A stretch of DNA of 64,000 nucleotides, taken from the NCBI RefSeq assembly GCF_009914755.1, contig NC_060935.1. One strand, 5' to 3'. Below, one piece after another: positions 14,371 through 29,200 of this stretch (position 1 is its first letter; the number at the start of each line of letters is the position of its first letter). Under the pieces are notes generated by a model. The model worked only from the letters and a program-made list of their open reading frames with translations. It was not told where the DNA came from and made no database searches. Both the position numbers and the translations under genes were made by a program. The stretch is from the human T2T-CHM13v2.0 reference genome, Homo sapiens.

Positions 14371-15233
14371 TTTTAAGCCACTAATGGAGGACTAGACGTT
14401 CACCATAAACAACAACAAGAAAAATATATTTCTGGCCTCCACACTAAACTGTATCAGAATCTCTGGAGTTGGGAGGTGGGCAAGGCACTTTATTTTTAAT
14501 AAGTTTTAAAATTTAAGAACCACCTTTTCTTCAAGTTATTTCTAATAATTATGTTCTTTCTTCCTACCTCTTTCATCAATAATGGAATGAAATCTGTGTG
14601 TGAATTTCCAGGCCACCAATTTTGTAGGTGGATGTTGCTTCATGACTGTGCTCTGGTTAGGCTTCGGGGCTCAGCGAGGACCACTGGGAGTGTATGTAAC
14701 CCCAGAACTAATGGTGTCGTCAGGCCCCCACCCCTTCCCCAGATCCTCTCTCTGTGGCTCCCACTTTCTTTTCACTTCCACTTCTCTACCTTAGAAAAAA
14801 GGCTCCATTCCTGAGAAACTTAGTAACCATGAGTTGATTAGGTCATGCCCAAGCTCATTTCCCTCTCCTTCCTCACCCTCTTTGAATGACCCCTTTCAAA
14901 AAGGGTCAGGGTCAGATTTGTAATGGAATACAAGAACAACAAGCAAGAAAATGTGACAAGAGCATTGAGCTTTAAAACCTTATTGTGTCGATGCTACACT
15001 CAATAAAAAGGAAAAAACAGTGGTCATGGGCATGTCAGGCTGGGGACTTGGAGGCTAGAAGTGAGTCCTGTTTCCTCCATGAAAGCCACAGCACTTTACT
15101 TCTCAGTGACTCAGTTTCCCACTTGTAAAATGGGAGAGGTGGAAGAGAAAGACTCTAAGGGTTTCCCCATCTTTGAAAGAGTGTGATTGAAAAAAATAAG
15201 ACCATCCTGACCTGAAGTGGCCACTATCCTTAG

Positions 15234-15626
<393 letters not shown>

Positions 15627-16809
15627 TAAGATGATTCAAACTAAACTTCTAAATGTAAGAAGATTATATGACTGAGTCAACTTTTCCAACACCTCTAAAA
15701 GAGAGGAGTGTTGGGAGGAGAGAGGCACTGGTGGCCTCTGAGAGACCGTGAGGTGACTCTGTTTTCTGATGTGTATGTAAGTGGCTCCTGTCTTATTCTT
15801 TATTGAAGAAAAGGAAACTGTGACAGCAACAAGTTTGGTGTTTAGAAGAAGACAAGAATGTGGGGGCTTGCTGATGCCCCCACGCTCTCTTCTCATTTTT
15901 CTCCTCACTCGTGATTTCTGGCCAAGCAAACAGTTCCCTGGAGGATGGCATGACCTTGAGTGGGCTGGTCTAGTCTTTGGAGCTTTGGAAGCCGGGATGC
16001 TGAAGTTTGGAGATGGTATGCTTGCTGCTCAGGGTTGGAAGCTTAGGTACTTAATAAAGTCTGAAAGCTGTTGTTCCAACAGGGATAACCAGTGCCCCAA
16101 AGCCACTCTGAGCAGCACTGAGTTAGCAGCTCCAGCCAGACTAGAAGAAGGGAAGCAGGTCAACTGAGAGCTGACACAGAGAGCCCAAAGCAGGGTGGGA
16201 AAAAAGGGGGCAACACAGACAGATTGAGATGAGAGGGCTCCCTTCTGCCAGAATTGCCCTTCCCGCATGAGCCAGGGTTGTCTAGGCACAGCAGCTTCCT
16301 TAAGCATCCCTAAATTCACCTTCCTGGGCTCTGGGGTATCAAAATCTTGTAAGCAGTCCCACAGGCCTGCCAGAACTTTGTCATTCCTCCTGCTGCTTTG
16401 ACTGACTTTGGGAACTGGATGATCCTTCTGCCTGGTTTGTGGACTCTTGATTTTATTCTTGCTGCCACTAAGGCTGCTATAATGGTTGTCGGATTTCCTT
16501 GGAACTTGAAGATGGGCAGAGGGTGCTTTCATAGTTACTGACAAGGTAATGTCAGGAGCACTCATTTCCCTGACTCTGGAGATGAAAGCAAACAAAAACA
16601 AAAACAATAAGCAGTTTATATTGGGCCAACCATCTGTGGTTAAGGAGAAAGGCCAAGCAATGACTACAGCTTCCCAGCCCAAACAGGCTCCAGGAAAGAG
16701 GGCTCAGTTCACAGGCTGGGAATATGGACAGCCAGAGACACTAAGGCCGGTTATGAGCTTTCATGAATCTGAGCTGGAGCCTCATCTGCCTGTTTTGCAT
16801 TTCAGACAG

Positions 16810-16965
16810 GAGGAGGCAGTGTGGATGAGACTGTCAGAACTGGCAGCATTTCCCCTTGCAACTCCACAACTTATTTGCTGAGTGACCTTGAGCAAGCTCC
16901 TTAACCTCTGAGAGGCTTCAATTCTCTACCTGTGAAACAGAACCAGCAACATTTCATTAAAAGTT
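16810..16965 (+). mobile_element. MIR
   Basis: Core TGCTGAGTGACCTTGAGCAAGCTCCTTAACCTCTGAG...CCTGTGAAAC. Confidence 0.65.
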
Positions 16966-18339
16966 AAGGAACCTGGAGCATAATGACATTTCTCTATTAG
17001 AGCTTTCTCGGCTTGCCCCTTGGTAATTTTTGCCTTTCAGCACCTTTCTGGAAAGAAATGAAATGAGTAGTGTCTTCTTGTGAATAGGTGTCTTTTATAG
17101 AGTTATGGAAAAAATAATTCCCTTGCCCCGGCACCTTTCTTTCGTTGCTAGTTGTGCCACTGACTTGTTGCATATCCTGGATCCAGTCAGTTTTCTTTTC
17201 CTTGCCACTAGACCAACACTAGATCTTATAGCAGCCCCCATATACAAATGATTTCCACAGGATCCTCATGCTGCGTGTTCTCAGGCTCCTGATAGTGAGT
17301 GTTGAACCATCAGGCCATTCAGAGTTCACTGAATATGACTTTTGCAATAAAGATTAGATCCTAATAATCCCTGCTCACAACACGATTACTAGCTAATCCG
17401 TCCCAGTCGAGGGTTTCTTTTCTCCTTTGAGTCACAAGGAATCCTTATTACATGAAAGATGAAAACATGAAATGCCTATCAGAGATATCACCACATGCAC
17501 CGCCCCCCGAACCAGGCCGTGGGGTCGGTCAACGAGTTCTCCCTGTGGTTTGGATGCTGACACCTGAGTGACTCCCCTCATGAGCTCAGAAGCAGAGAGA
17601 GGGAACTGTTTTCAGAGCAGAGAGGTGGCTTAGAGGAAACATGTACAGGACTTGGCAAAGAACCTGACTCCATGTGAATGCTCACTCCGTGTGAAATTGT
17701 TCTTATTATAGTGATTTGTGGGGAAGAAATAACCAAGGAGGGAAATAAACAACCACAGTGACAAGATAAAGGAAGAAACCTAGGCCCTAGAAAGGAAAGT
17801 TTTCTAGGCTGATTTCTACCCCTGAAATGCACCCATCGACTCTTCTGGAAACTCAACTGTGCCTCCCACCTCTGAGGTCAGCCCCTCCCGGGGCTAACTG
17901 CAGCCCAAGCAAGCCCCCGTGGCAGGAGTGTGGCAGGGGCCTTCAGCTCACCCACCTCTGCTCTCTGAACATGGCACAACGAGCCTGTCAGACCACTTGC
18001 AGCCCTGCTATTTGATCTTATCGGGCCCTGTCAGGGAGGTGAAGTGCATGCGTCAAGAAGTTCGTGCCTGTTCATCATTGTGGTTGCCCCGAAGTGGAGC
18101 AGGCAAGGTAACACTTGAAGCCATTTTTGCAGAGAATTGCACAAACAGCAGCGGGTGTCATAGACTCAGTGGTTCCACTTCGGATCGAGAAAACACCCAC
18201 AGAATGGTAGAGGCTGCTAAAGAAACACCACAAAACACAGAGCAACATATACTCATGCACACACACCAGAGCAGTGTGAACCAAAGCCCCGGGCAGGAGG
18301 ACGTGCTGTGTGCCAACAAAAAACAAAAGGGGAGATGCA

Positions 18340-18457
18340 TTATTTGTTTTGGGGTAGAAAGGTTGCGGGACTGAGGCTCTGCTGCAGACAGATGGGCGCT
18401 ACACTTATTTGTTGGGTGGCAGAAAAGTTGGGGGACTGAGGCTCTGCTGCAGATGGG
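18340..18457 (+). repeat. Two-copy ~65-bp tandem duplication
   Basis: TTATTTGTT...AGAAA.GTTG.GGGACTGAGGCTCTGCTGCAGA...TGGG occurs at 18340 and again at 18405. Confidence 0.85.
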
Positions 18458-19148
18458 TGGGCACTGTATGACTTTCTTTGAGGAAGGCACTTCTGAGAGT
18501 GAGAAAAAAAAACAACTGATAGTTCTTGGAGCTTGAAACTGAGAGTTTCTACTATGGAGAATTGAAAACAATTTCCTTCTGAGGGAGAAGGTAGATGGAG
18601 CAAGGGAAGTCCAAATTAGGCCCCTTTTGGAGGTAATAGATATTTTCAATCTGCTAAGCAGTGAAGCAGGCAGAAACTGACAATTGTTATAATTATTCTT
18701 GTATAAAGTAAATAAGATTTTTCTCAAAGGAGAAAGCACCTGTTGATTTGGCTAAGTTAAGCATTAGAAACACCTGAACTTACCGTTACACATTCTTCAA
18801 TTTGGCAAATGCAATACAAGAGTGAATGAGACAAACCTTGACTTGTTCTCATATAATTTATTATCTAGTAGAAGAAGACATTAAGGAAACAGACACTGAA
18901 ATATATAATTATGAATTATGATTTGTGTTTTGAAGAGAGTGTTCAGTGTTTATGAGACAGAATATCTGTTTTTACCTAGAAGTTTGATTGTCTATTCAAT
19001 ACGCATTTTAAAAGTAGTTATTCCATGTAAAATTGTAGGGATATACAGGAATTATTGATATATGATCTTTACTTTCCAAGAGCTCAAAACCTTTTAAGGG
19101 ACTCAGGCACGCTGATAGATAAATAGTAGTATTTAAAAGTAGAAATAA

Positions 19149-19465
<317 letters not shown>

Positions 19466-19672
19466 TAAAAGTAGAAATGAGAGATTTATCACGAAATTAT
19501 TCTAAAACCTACATTTTTTCTAGAAAAAATATGAATAGGCTTTGTGCTATATACTTCTTCCAGTTATCCAGATCTGAGCTTTTTAAAAAAAATATAATTA
19601 AGCTTAACAAACACGAAAGATATTACTATTCACCTGGTGGAAACCATCCAACTATGGGCATTGCATTTTACA

Positions 19673-19846
19673 GCAGTGCTTCTGAAGCTTTAATGGATGT
19701 GTAATTATCTGTGGAATTTGTTGTTAATAAAATGCAGATTCTGATTCAATCTGTCTGGAGTGGACCCTGGGATTTCACATTTTTTTGTATCAATTTTGCA
19801 GATAATGGGATGCTAGTGATCTACAGAGCACAGTTGGAGTAGCAAG
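19673..19846. mobile_element. MER5B-like hAT MITE
   Basis: CAGTGCTTCT...AAAATGCAGATTCTGATTCA...GGAGTAGCAAG. Confidence 0.7.
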
Positions 19847-21344
19847 GTCTTAAGGAAGAAATCAAATTCTACAATATTATGTTCAATTAGTATTCTTTCA
19901 CTCAACATAAATTTATTGCATATCAGCTATGGAGTCTGGTTATATGAAGCCTTAATCATCCCTTCCCTTACAAAAGCAATTAGAAAACAAATTTAATTTT
20001 TTTTACAAAAGAGTTCTGAACTCCATATTGGCTTGACTCATGGTAGTGTTGTGTTGGATGATATAAATTTGTATTGACATAAATGTATTTGGCAGAGGTT
20101 GTTCTGAAACTCAACGCAACTCACAGACACTCTCATGCGAGCAGAGACCATCCCTCTGGAGCAGAGAGCACAATGTGCCTTCTGCCTCCCTCCCCAACTC
20201 ATCACCTTCCCTCTCAACGTCCTTCTGCCCGGCTGCCCCTCAGGCAGGCGGCCCCAGAGGCCGTGGGCATGCTGCTGTCCCTCCCCACAGTGATACTCAT
20301 CACCAAAATGAAACCTGACACCAGAATTGTCATCTTACTGAGAAGATGATAAAACTCATTTAACCTTTCCACTCAATAGGCTGATAATTCCCTCTGTCCT
20401 GATGAACGTTGGTGAGGTTCACTGAAGAGACTCAAGTTACCAAGGGCATGCTAATGCAAGGGTTATTCTTTCCTTTTCACATTAGGAGTTCACTTCTACC
20501 CAATCATTTTCAAACTTCACAGAAATGGAATTTCCATACTCAGATATGAAGAAAGCACCTTGATTTCCTCCACCTTCACATCATGAAGAACATCGAAGCT
20601 GGGATGAACGATGAAAGGAGGTAATATTCTAGGCATAGACAAAGCCCTTTCTCCACTGCCTTCAGGCTGTCAGGGAAGTAATTGATGTGTCTCCCAGAGC
20701 ACAATCGCTTCACACTTTCAACACCTTTTTGTCCTGCTGCGAATTAAACCTGTCACTTTGTCTAATTCTCCATTGGTAAGAAGCATTCACTGCCAGAGAC
20801 TTGTCAATGGGGGTGTGATTACTTGCACTGATAGCAACTGTAATATTTAATATTCCCCAAATGAGGGACAACCCTGAGAAGACAGAAAAAAAAAAGGCAC
20901 ATTTTGTAGAAGGAGTAGTTGTTCTTCATTGTGTAACTTCAAGGGAATTACTGTCTACACTGTCGGAACTAACTCGATTCAAATCCAAATTTTTTAATAG
21001 GAAGAGCTAGCCAGAGATTTGAGAGACAATTTGAGTAAAATGACTCTAGGTGTGTAGTTGTTCATTCAAGATGCTTATGCACACTTTCCATGGGAAGGCA
21101 CTATTACAGACCCTTTCCATTGTTTAAGGGGAAAATATTTTGAAAAGGGGGAGGATCAGCTAACAGGAGATATAGGGAATATGATATACATAAAGGAGAA
21201 TATGATGAGGCTGTGGGTGAGGAGGGTTGGACTCTAAATCGAGTTCTACCCTCAGCAGGCTGTGAGAATTTGAGCTCACCCAGTTCCCAATTGCTCCATT
21301 TGTTTAATGAGGAGAACTGAATTCTTGGTAAAGCTAATGTTTCA

Positions 21345-21668
<324 letters not shown>

Positions 21669-23399
21669 TTACTCATCCTACACTACCTAAAAGGCAAGTC
21701 TACATATCTCAGTGGGTGTCTACAAAGGGCACACTCTATCTGCTTTAAGAAAATAAAAACAAGATGACCAAGGGTGAAATAAAATTACATTCTCCTATTA
21801 ATCTTACTATGAATCAGTTTGGATACTTGGGACAGAGCAGCTTGATACAGGCACCCTGATTTAACTCTGTGCCAGTTTTGGTTTCTGAGTTTAACAGGAC
21901 AGTTGTGGAAAGAATATAGACATAGCAGAGTAGAGTTAAATGTAGATTTAAATGACATGATGCATATAAATGTTTAACTCACAGCCTGGAGCATAGGAGA
22001 TACTCAAACTTTATTCCCTTTCCATATATAAAGAGATTAGGCCCATAACATGAAACTGAGAGATAAACATTCTCCCTACAGAATGGAAAGGAAGAAAAGA
22101 GCATTGATGAAGCAGCTCGATGAACTCTTGTAAGACCTTTCTCCAAGTGAGTTATCATTCCAAGGTTCCTGTTGTTACTTTCTGAAGGGCTTTGTGCTTA
22201 TGAAGCAGATAGGGACAGAAGGGCGGGCCGGACCCCATGGTCATCTGGCAGCCTTGCTTGTGTTGGGTCAGCGTGCCAGCATTCATGCCCCTGGGGGTGT
22301 GAGCACCCTTTCTGGAATCTTGAAAGGAAATGCAACCTCCCCAAACCCCACTACTCTCTCAAGGAGTCATGGGTGATGAAGATGTTTCCTGCCATTCTCT
22401 GCAGGACAGAGAGTTGCTTAACCCTCGTTTCATTATCAGTGGAGGAGCCAGCCATTGGACCCCCACCCCTCAGAGTGAGCCAGCAGCCAGAACTAGCCCT
22501 TTGGCATCCCCCGTCTTGATTGCAAGCAAGCAAACCTGTCACCTTCCTGTTTTATCTACTCATGGTGTTTGTTTCCTTTGACGTGGATTCTTACACTTAG
22601 GGTGGGAGGGATTTCTCGAAAAACATTTGTTGTATGCCACTGATCCTGGCCCCACAACGCCCCTTTCTCTTTCCTTTTCAAGGCTCCAGGAATTGCTAAA
22701 TGGCATATCCTGAACACCCAGCACTCTGGGGCTAAAAATACCAGAGGGTGTGTTTATCTAGATTGGGGCTTCCTCTCCAGGGGCTTTACAGACGTTATCT
22801 CATTTATCCTTGAAAACACTCTGCGAGGCAGCATGTAGTCAAATAACTTTACCCCAGAAAGGTACGGAAGGCTTGAAGAGGAAAGGTCATCGGTGGAGGT
22901 TCTATTCTGAGGCCCAGTAGACAGGCTCAGGTCTTTAATTTCTCAGCTTAAAATTCCATTCACTCTGCATTTCCCCCTTAGAACTGTGGGAATCCTTAAA
23001 AAGCAAATACAAACCCACGACTCCTGGCACATAGAAAAAGGCCAGGTTGAAATACCCCCCAGGTTACCTCCTCTCGGTGTCTTCATTACATCTTTACAAA
23101 TCCGAGATCCCATGGCCTTTGGTCATCTCTTCTAATTGCTCCACATACACAGGCTCCCTCGAGACCTCATTTGCCACCATGGTTTAAACTCTCACCTATC
23201 TAAACTGATGGTAGACACTTTCCATATCTCTCACACCCTCTCCATAGTTGATATAAAATAATTACCTACTAGAAGTTGTACATGAATTTGTTACATACAC
23301 AGCATTTCCCCCTCATTTTGCACATCCTCGATATTCCCTGGCCCATACCCAAAGACCTGAGACTCCTGGCACATTCCATCCCCTCTCTGACTGCCACAT

Positions 23400-23880
23400 G
23401 CAAACAGTTACTGAGTTAGCTATCTTCCAGGTGCACCCCCAGATGCACTTTCCCTCCCTCCAAAATGCATGCCTAAGGAGCCTGACTTACAGGCTCCTTC
23501 TTTGCCCTCTGGCTACTCCCTGGGGTTGGTCTTTGGTGAGCACTGGCAGGAGAATGGGAGGAGGCAGGAGAGGGATGATGCTGTATGTATTGTCCCATTC
23601 TTCTCCCTGTGGGGTTGCCATGGACTGGCTGCATCCTGGATACAAGGTCAGGTCTCATCAGGCATCCTTTTCCACACAGCTGCTTTCCTGGTGGCCATCG
23701 GGCCTGGAGGTGGCAAAAGCTGCTGCCTCCTGATGGCATCAATTCCAGGGCACCGCTCAACCCCTGGTGCATGTTTTAAACTCCACCCACACATGCTGTA
23801 AATAGCCCTTATATGAAAGTTATTACAACATCCAGCTAGAGTGGGGTCTCCTCTCTTTCTGGATGCTACCCAAACTAAAG
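23400..23880 (+). mobile_element. LTR33-like (ERVL) solo LTR
   Basis: GCACTGGCAGGAGAATGGGAGG...GGACTGGCTGCATCC...GGGCCTGGAGGTGGCAA...TGTAAATAGCCCTT resembles the LTR33 consensus. Confidence 0.6.
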
Positions 23881-24429
23881 TCACCAATTTCTATATTTTA
23901 CCATTCAATTCAGATGACATTTTACATGTATGTATACATATTTACTTGTTGAATTAGAAAAGCCAAGATGGCATTATATTTTAAGCCAATACATCAGACT
24001 TCGATATATGTGTTACTTCCAAACCTCTCTCCCTGTAGTCTCCTCACCATTGTTCAGATTGTCAAAGTGTCATTTCCAAATACCTGTGAAATTACATTAA
24101 TCTTGCATAAGTTCATCAGAGGTCCCAGTATCTTTCAGCATATGATTCACTTTTACTTATGTCTGTCTTTCTAGAGTAAGTCTTTTATCTCTACTTCCAG
24201 GACATCCTCAAATGTTTTTCAAACATTTATCAAATAGACAAACACTGAATGGAACTTTAGGTCTTAAATAAGTGTAGCTATTTCCTTTTACAATATTATT
24301 TTCTTTTAAACTGCAATTTCTTGTCCTACTGAATAAGTCCTCCTTACGTGGCTACAGGAATGCAAACACCTGGGTATAATGTGATGACTTTCTAACTTTG
24401 CAGAACTGTTATCAATGAGGGCTTAGACT

Positions 24430-24665
24430 GTGATGTAAAAGTAAGGGCTCTAAACTAGATTCCCTGGATTCCTGATTTCTCTGCTAGTCCCGCAACCTCG
24501 GGCAACTTACTCAACATTCTATGCCTCCATTTCCTAACCTATAAAATGAGGGTAGTAATATCATCTAACTCATGGGTTTGCTGCAAGAATTAAAAGAGTT
24601 AACACACACACACGGAACACTTAGAATAGTGCCTGGTGAAAACACAGTAGAGTTAACTGTTATTT
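24430..24665 (+). mobile_element. MIR
   Basis: CCTCGGGCAACTTACTCAAC...CCTATAAAATGAGGGTAGTAATA...CTTAGAATAGTGCCTGG. Confidence 0.75.
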
Positions 24666-25667
24666 CTTAACTCATTCTTAGTTTACCACCATCATCCTCA
24701 GGCTGTTTGCCTGTGGTTTGTTTAGCTCACCCTTTCTTGAAAACAGACCTTTACCTGAAAACATTCTGATATCAAAACCCACAATACCTGGCATTTGTGA
24801 CCATGAGCGCTTCACTGGAAGTTGGTGCATGGACTTCCTTCCCTTAACATCTGCTGAAGGCATTCTGCATGAACGCTCTCAGCAGTTTCCCCCTTCAATG
24901 GTTTGTCAGAAGCCAGGGAAAAAAAAATATGAGTACTTAAAATGTCTTTGTATATTATGTTTATGACTCCCCATGATTTTTTCCAAAACAAAAAGAAAAT
25001 TTCCTTCTACATGCCTGCACCTTTGTCTTCTTCTCTCTTCCCTTTTTTTTACTTTTTGAAGAGACTCACTCCCAAGTCTTCATTCCTTGCAAAAATCGAT
25101 AGAGTAACCTAAATTTGGAATTTCAAAACTAAACTTACTGAGCCAAAGTTTTACATAGTTTTTATTAACTGATTATAAAATACATGTTTATTATTAGAAT
25201 TTTAGAGAAAGTATCAAGAAAAAAGAAGAGAACTGCCATTCCAACACCCTGAAAAAATCATCACTAATGTTTTACAGAATCGTTTCCAGTCTTTTTAAAT
25301 TTACATGTATTTTATCATTGAGAATATAGCCTATATGCAATTTTTATGCTGCATTTTTTCATTTTGTCAAATAATATCACTGATCCAAATTATATATAAG
25401 TGATTTTAATGACACCATTAATTTAACAGTGCCATCATTATATTCTGTCATTTGTTTTTAATTAAATATCCTGTTATTAGAAAAATTTTCTACTTTTAAA
25501 ATTATTTCTATAGAACTGGAATATGATAAACCTCTTTAGTTATAAATTGTTGTCCAGATTTTTATGAAAGTTTCCAAAAATAAAATTGCTGGGCTGAAAA
25601 TACAAATATTTTAAGACTTTTGATAAACTGTAATAGAAAAAATTGCTTGCTTAGAAAGTATAAGCAT

Positions 25668-26200
25668 GAATTTCATTACTGGGTATATACCCAGAGGAAT
25701 ACAAATTATTCTACCATAAAGACACATGTATGTGAATGTCCATTGCAGCCCTATTCACAATAGAAAAGACAAGGAATCAATGTGAATGCCCATCAGTGAC
25801 AGACTGGATAAAGAAAAGGTGATGCACATACACCATGGAATACTATGCAGCCATAAGAATAAGATCATGTCTTTTGGAGGGACATGGATGGAGCTGGAGG
25901 CCATTGGCATTAGCAAGCTAACGCAGGAACAGATAAACAAATACAGTGTGTTCCCATTTATAAGTGGGAGCTAAATGATGAGAACTAATGGATACAAAGT
26001 AGGGAACAACAGACATTGGCGGCTACTTGAGAGTGGAGGGTGGGAGAAGGAAGAGGAGAAGAAAAATAACTATTGGGTACTAGGCTTAGTATCTAGGTAA
26101 CAAATTAGTCTGTACAACCAATCCCCGTGAGATGAGTTTACCTATATAACAAACCTGCACATGTTCCCCAAACCTAAAATAAAAGTTACCAAAAAAAAAA
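25668..26200 (+). mobile_element. L1PA15/16-type 3' end inserted in older L1M sequence
   Basis: CTGGGTATATACCCAGAGGAAT...GGACATGGATGGAGCTGGAGGCC...CCTAAAATAAAAGTT plus poly(A); degenerate TSD AAAGTATAAGCATG / AAAGTATATGCCTG. Confidence 0.88.
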
Positions 26201-29200
26201 GTATATGCCTGTTTATAGTTTCACCAGCAGCATATCAAGGTTAAAGATAGAGTTAGGGTGCCCTTAGTAAGATCTAAATTTACATATTGGTTAATCTTTT
26301 CTCACTGAAAGTCAAAGCCTATGTCTTTTAAATATATGTTTTAAATAATAAATATTAAAATAAATATAACGTGGCTTGCTTAACCTCCATTTGAGTTTCC
26401 TATGTTTTATTTCACTAAATGGGACTTCGAATGAGACCGCACTTTATCATATGTGCCATGGGATACAGAAGGAACAGCGCCTCCCATCAGAGACATCCAT
26501 GGCATGGTGAGCCCTACAGTCTTAGAGGGCACCCTGAACATGCATCCGTGGTTAAACAGCCCTGGAGGACCATGCTCAGACCCCTGCAATACACATGCAC
26601 CCCAGATCCCAGCTTCCAGCTGGCTCCTTACAGAGACTGCATATAAAACAGAGGCACTTAGAGAGCATTCGTTCTCCTGCTCACTCACTCAATACCTACT
26701 AAGGGCCAATTCCATGGGAGAAACTATGCTCAGCACCAAGGAAACCATATCAGTAGGAGAGGCTCAGGGCCTGCCTTTGTAAAGCTTACATTTTAGAGAA
26801 AGAAATGACTGTTATGTAATTGATTACCTAATTAGATTTTTAATCATGTTTATGATGAAGCACTCTAAAACAGAATAATAATTGATACAAGGAACATTCA
26901 ATCTGGGGAGTTCATAATTTCTGCAAAAGGTATATTTTATGTCACAAATATCTTTGTACATGGAAATCACCCTGTAACTTAGAAACACCTGGTATGCTTT
27001 AACATGAAGAAATGGAGCACATGCCAGCTCCTCTAACTCAGTCTGTGTGTCAGGGTAAAATATATATTTCCAGTGCTGGGCAAAGATGGAAAAGAAAAAT
27101 AAGTTGACCTAAAATCTTTCTGTTTCTGTAAGTTTAGCGTCTCATAGATCCTCAGTGACCAACCCCATGTGGTGAGGAAAAATGAAGCCTAAAGAATTTC
27201 AGTCGTCTATCTTTTGCATAGCTAATCGTAGAAAGAACTAGGAACTGTCCCACAAAAAAAAAAACAAAATAATAATCTAGGTCCTTCAGGCAGCTTTGCA
27301 AATAGCCACTTACTCACCTGCTTAACCAGCAAGTAATAATTCATGCTGGACAAGTGACGAAGAATCCCACTTTGGTTTATTGCCTTTCCCATAGCTCTTC
27401 AAATGTTTGATCTCATTTGCAAGGTTATATTCTGAATACAAAAATGCATCTCTCCCCACGGCCAGTGAAGGGCGGCATACTAATCTTCCATTCCCATCCA
27501 CACACCAAGTGAATCTGGGGAGACTAAACCAAAGTTCAGCTCTGGGGCATTGTTTGTTTCCCTGCAGATCCTCTTTCCCTTCCTTTGGTGCCTATTTGCT
27601 TACCAGGGTGAACACAAGGCAGAAAATGCAGCCCTGAGCCCACTGTCACCACCGGTGAGGAATGGTGTCCTCTGAACACTCAACTAGCTTCCACCAGCTT
27701 CCGGTAAGTGAAGCAAAACAGAGACCTTTGACATGTAGAGACCAGGGAGAGGTTCTTGAAGGAACAATGGGACATACTGTGGACTGTTTACAGACCCTGC
27801 TACCCTCTGTTGTGGCTACTGAGTCACCGGCAATTTGTATAGTTTGATTCACAACCCCCAGGCCCCCCTGGACCGCCAGCGCCAGTATCTGCTTCTGCTC
27901 CATTATTGTCACTGATGGACTCATCCTGGCCTTCCCCACCCCCCACACCCACTGCCGCCATCATCATTTCCCCTATTGTTTGCCGAGCCTGGCCCTGACC
28001 CCTGGGTATTTATAAAGGCCACTTCCCACTGCATCATTGTGTGCTCTGTGGCCCTCAGCTCCCCACATTTCCTGACAACGTGGGGGTGGCGGGGAAGGGC
28101 TTGTTAACAACCCGAGTCCAGCTCCCAACTTCCTCCATGTCCTGTTTACTGCACTCTGCAAGCATCTCCCTGGCCACTCCTCAAGCAGAGTCCGCAGGCT
28201 CTGACTTATCCCAATGTGGGCTGCAGTGAGGGAAATCCTATTTCAGCCTCGCAGTTTGCCTGCAGTAAAACAAGCCAAAGAGCAAAGGGCTTCTTGTGTA
28301 ATGGAATGGGACTCAAAAGGTGTTTCTGTCTCTGGATTAAACCACTGGTGTTTTGAGTCCAAGCTGGAGATGTCGGACTTGGAGAGTTACACATGCAGCC
28401 TCTTTCCCTGTGTTTCTCAGTGTATGGAATTGCTGACAATTGCAGTCTCCACATTACCTCTTGGGTTCTCTGGAGCTTGGAGCCTGAAGGTATACACTGC
28501 CAGGGCTATCATACATTTAGACAAAAGTCCTGCCCTGTGGGCAAACGTGAGGGAAGGTAGACAGAAATACGGCATTTCTGTATTTTCTAGAATGTATTTT
28601 CTTTTTTCCTCCACCTTTTCCTTGCTTTCCATTAGAAGCGTCATCCGCTTTTGTGGAATGATGCATTACATTATACACATTGGTAAATGGAACGAAGAGT
28701 TGCTTTGTGCATCTGTGACTATAATCTTTCAACATTTGTTTTTTGTTTGTTTTCTGACTTAAGTTGATAAGGAGCTCCTTTCATTTTTCCAAACCAAGAT
28801 GAAAGAAACAGGCTCACTCAGAGAGTTTAAAAACTCACTTAAGGTCATGAGCCAGTTGCAAAGCCCCTTCCCTATCTAAAAGCACTAGGGCTTATAGCTT
28901 TGGTCATTTGCTGTTTCTTCCCTTGGTGCTTTGCTGTGCCCGATCTGCCCATCCGTCCTTTCACCATTCATGTACTCTTCTGGGAGCGTGATGGGATTCC
29001 TGGGGTTACATCCACCAAAAGCACAAACTCTGTTTAGAAGGATTCATGGCTGAGCCCTTGAGACTCCCAGCTGTCAGAGAAGAACTTTCAAGGCTCAATC
29101 CACTGGGATGAGCTTCTCGTCAAATCAGGCGCTAGCCCAGGCCGGCTGTTGTGATGCGTGGTCTCTCCCACTGTGCAGCCTCTCAGCAACTGAGATTTCG

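Noticed and set aside
16029-16682. Longest ORF (217 aa, minus strand)
   Set aside because: It has a non-ATG start, no recognisable domain and no supporting exon structure, so it is consistent with a chance frame.
18158-18739. 193-aa ORF with an internal repeat
   Set aside because: The apparent repeat comes from the 65-bp tandem duplication, whose period is not a multiple of three; there is no protein-like signal.
27933-28100. Possible G-quadruplex or i-motif
   Set aside because: There are only three clean G3+/C3+ tracts in each cluster.
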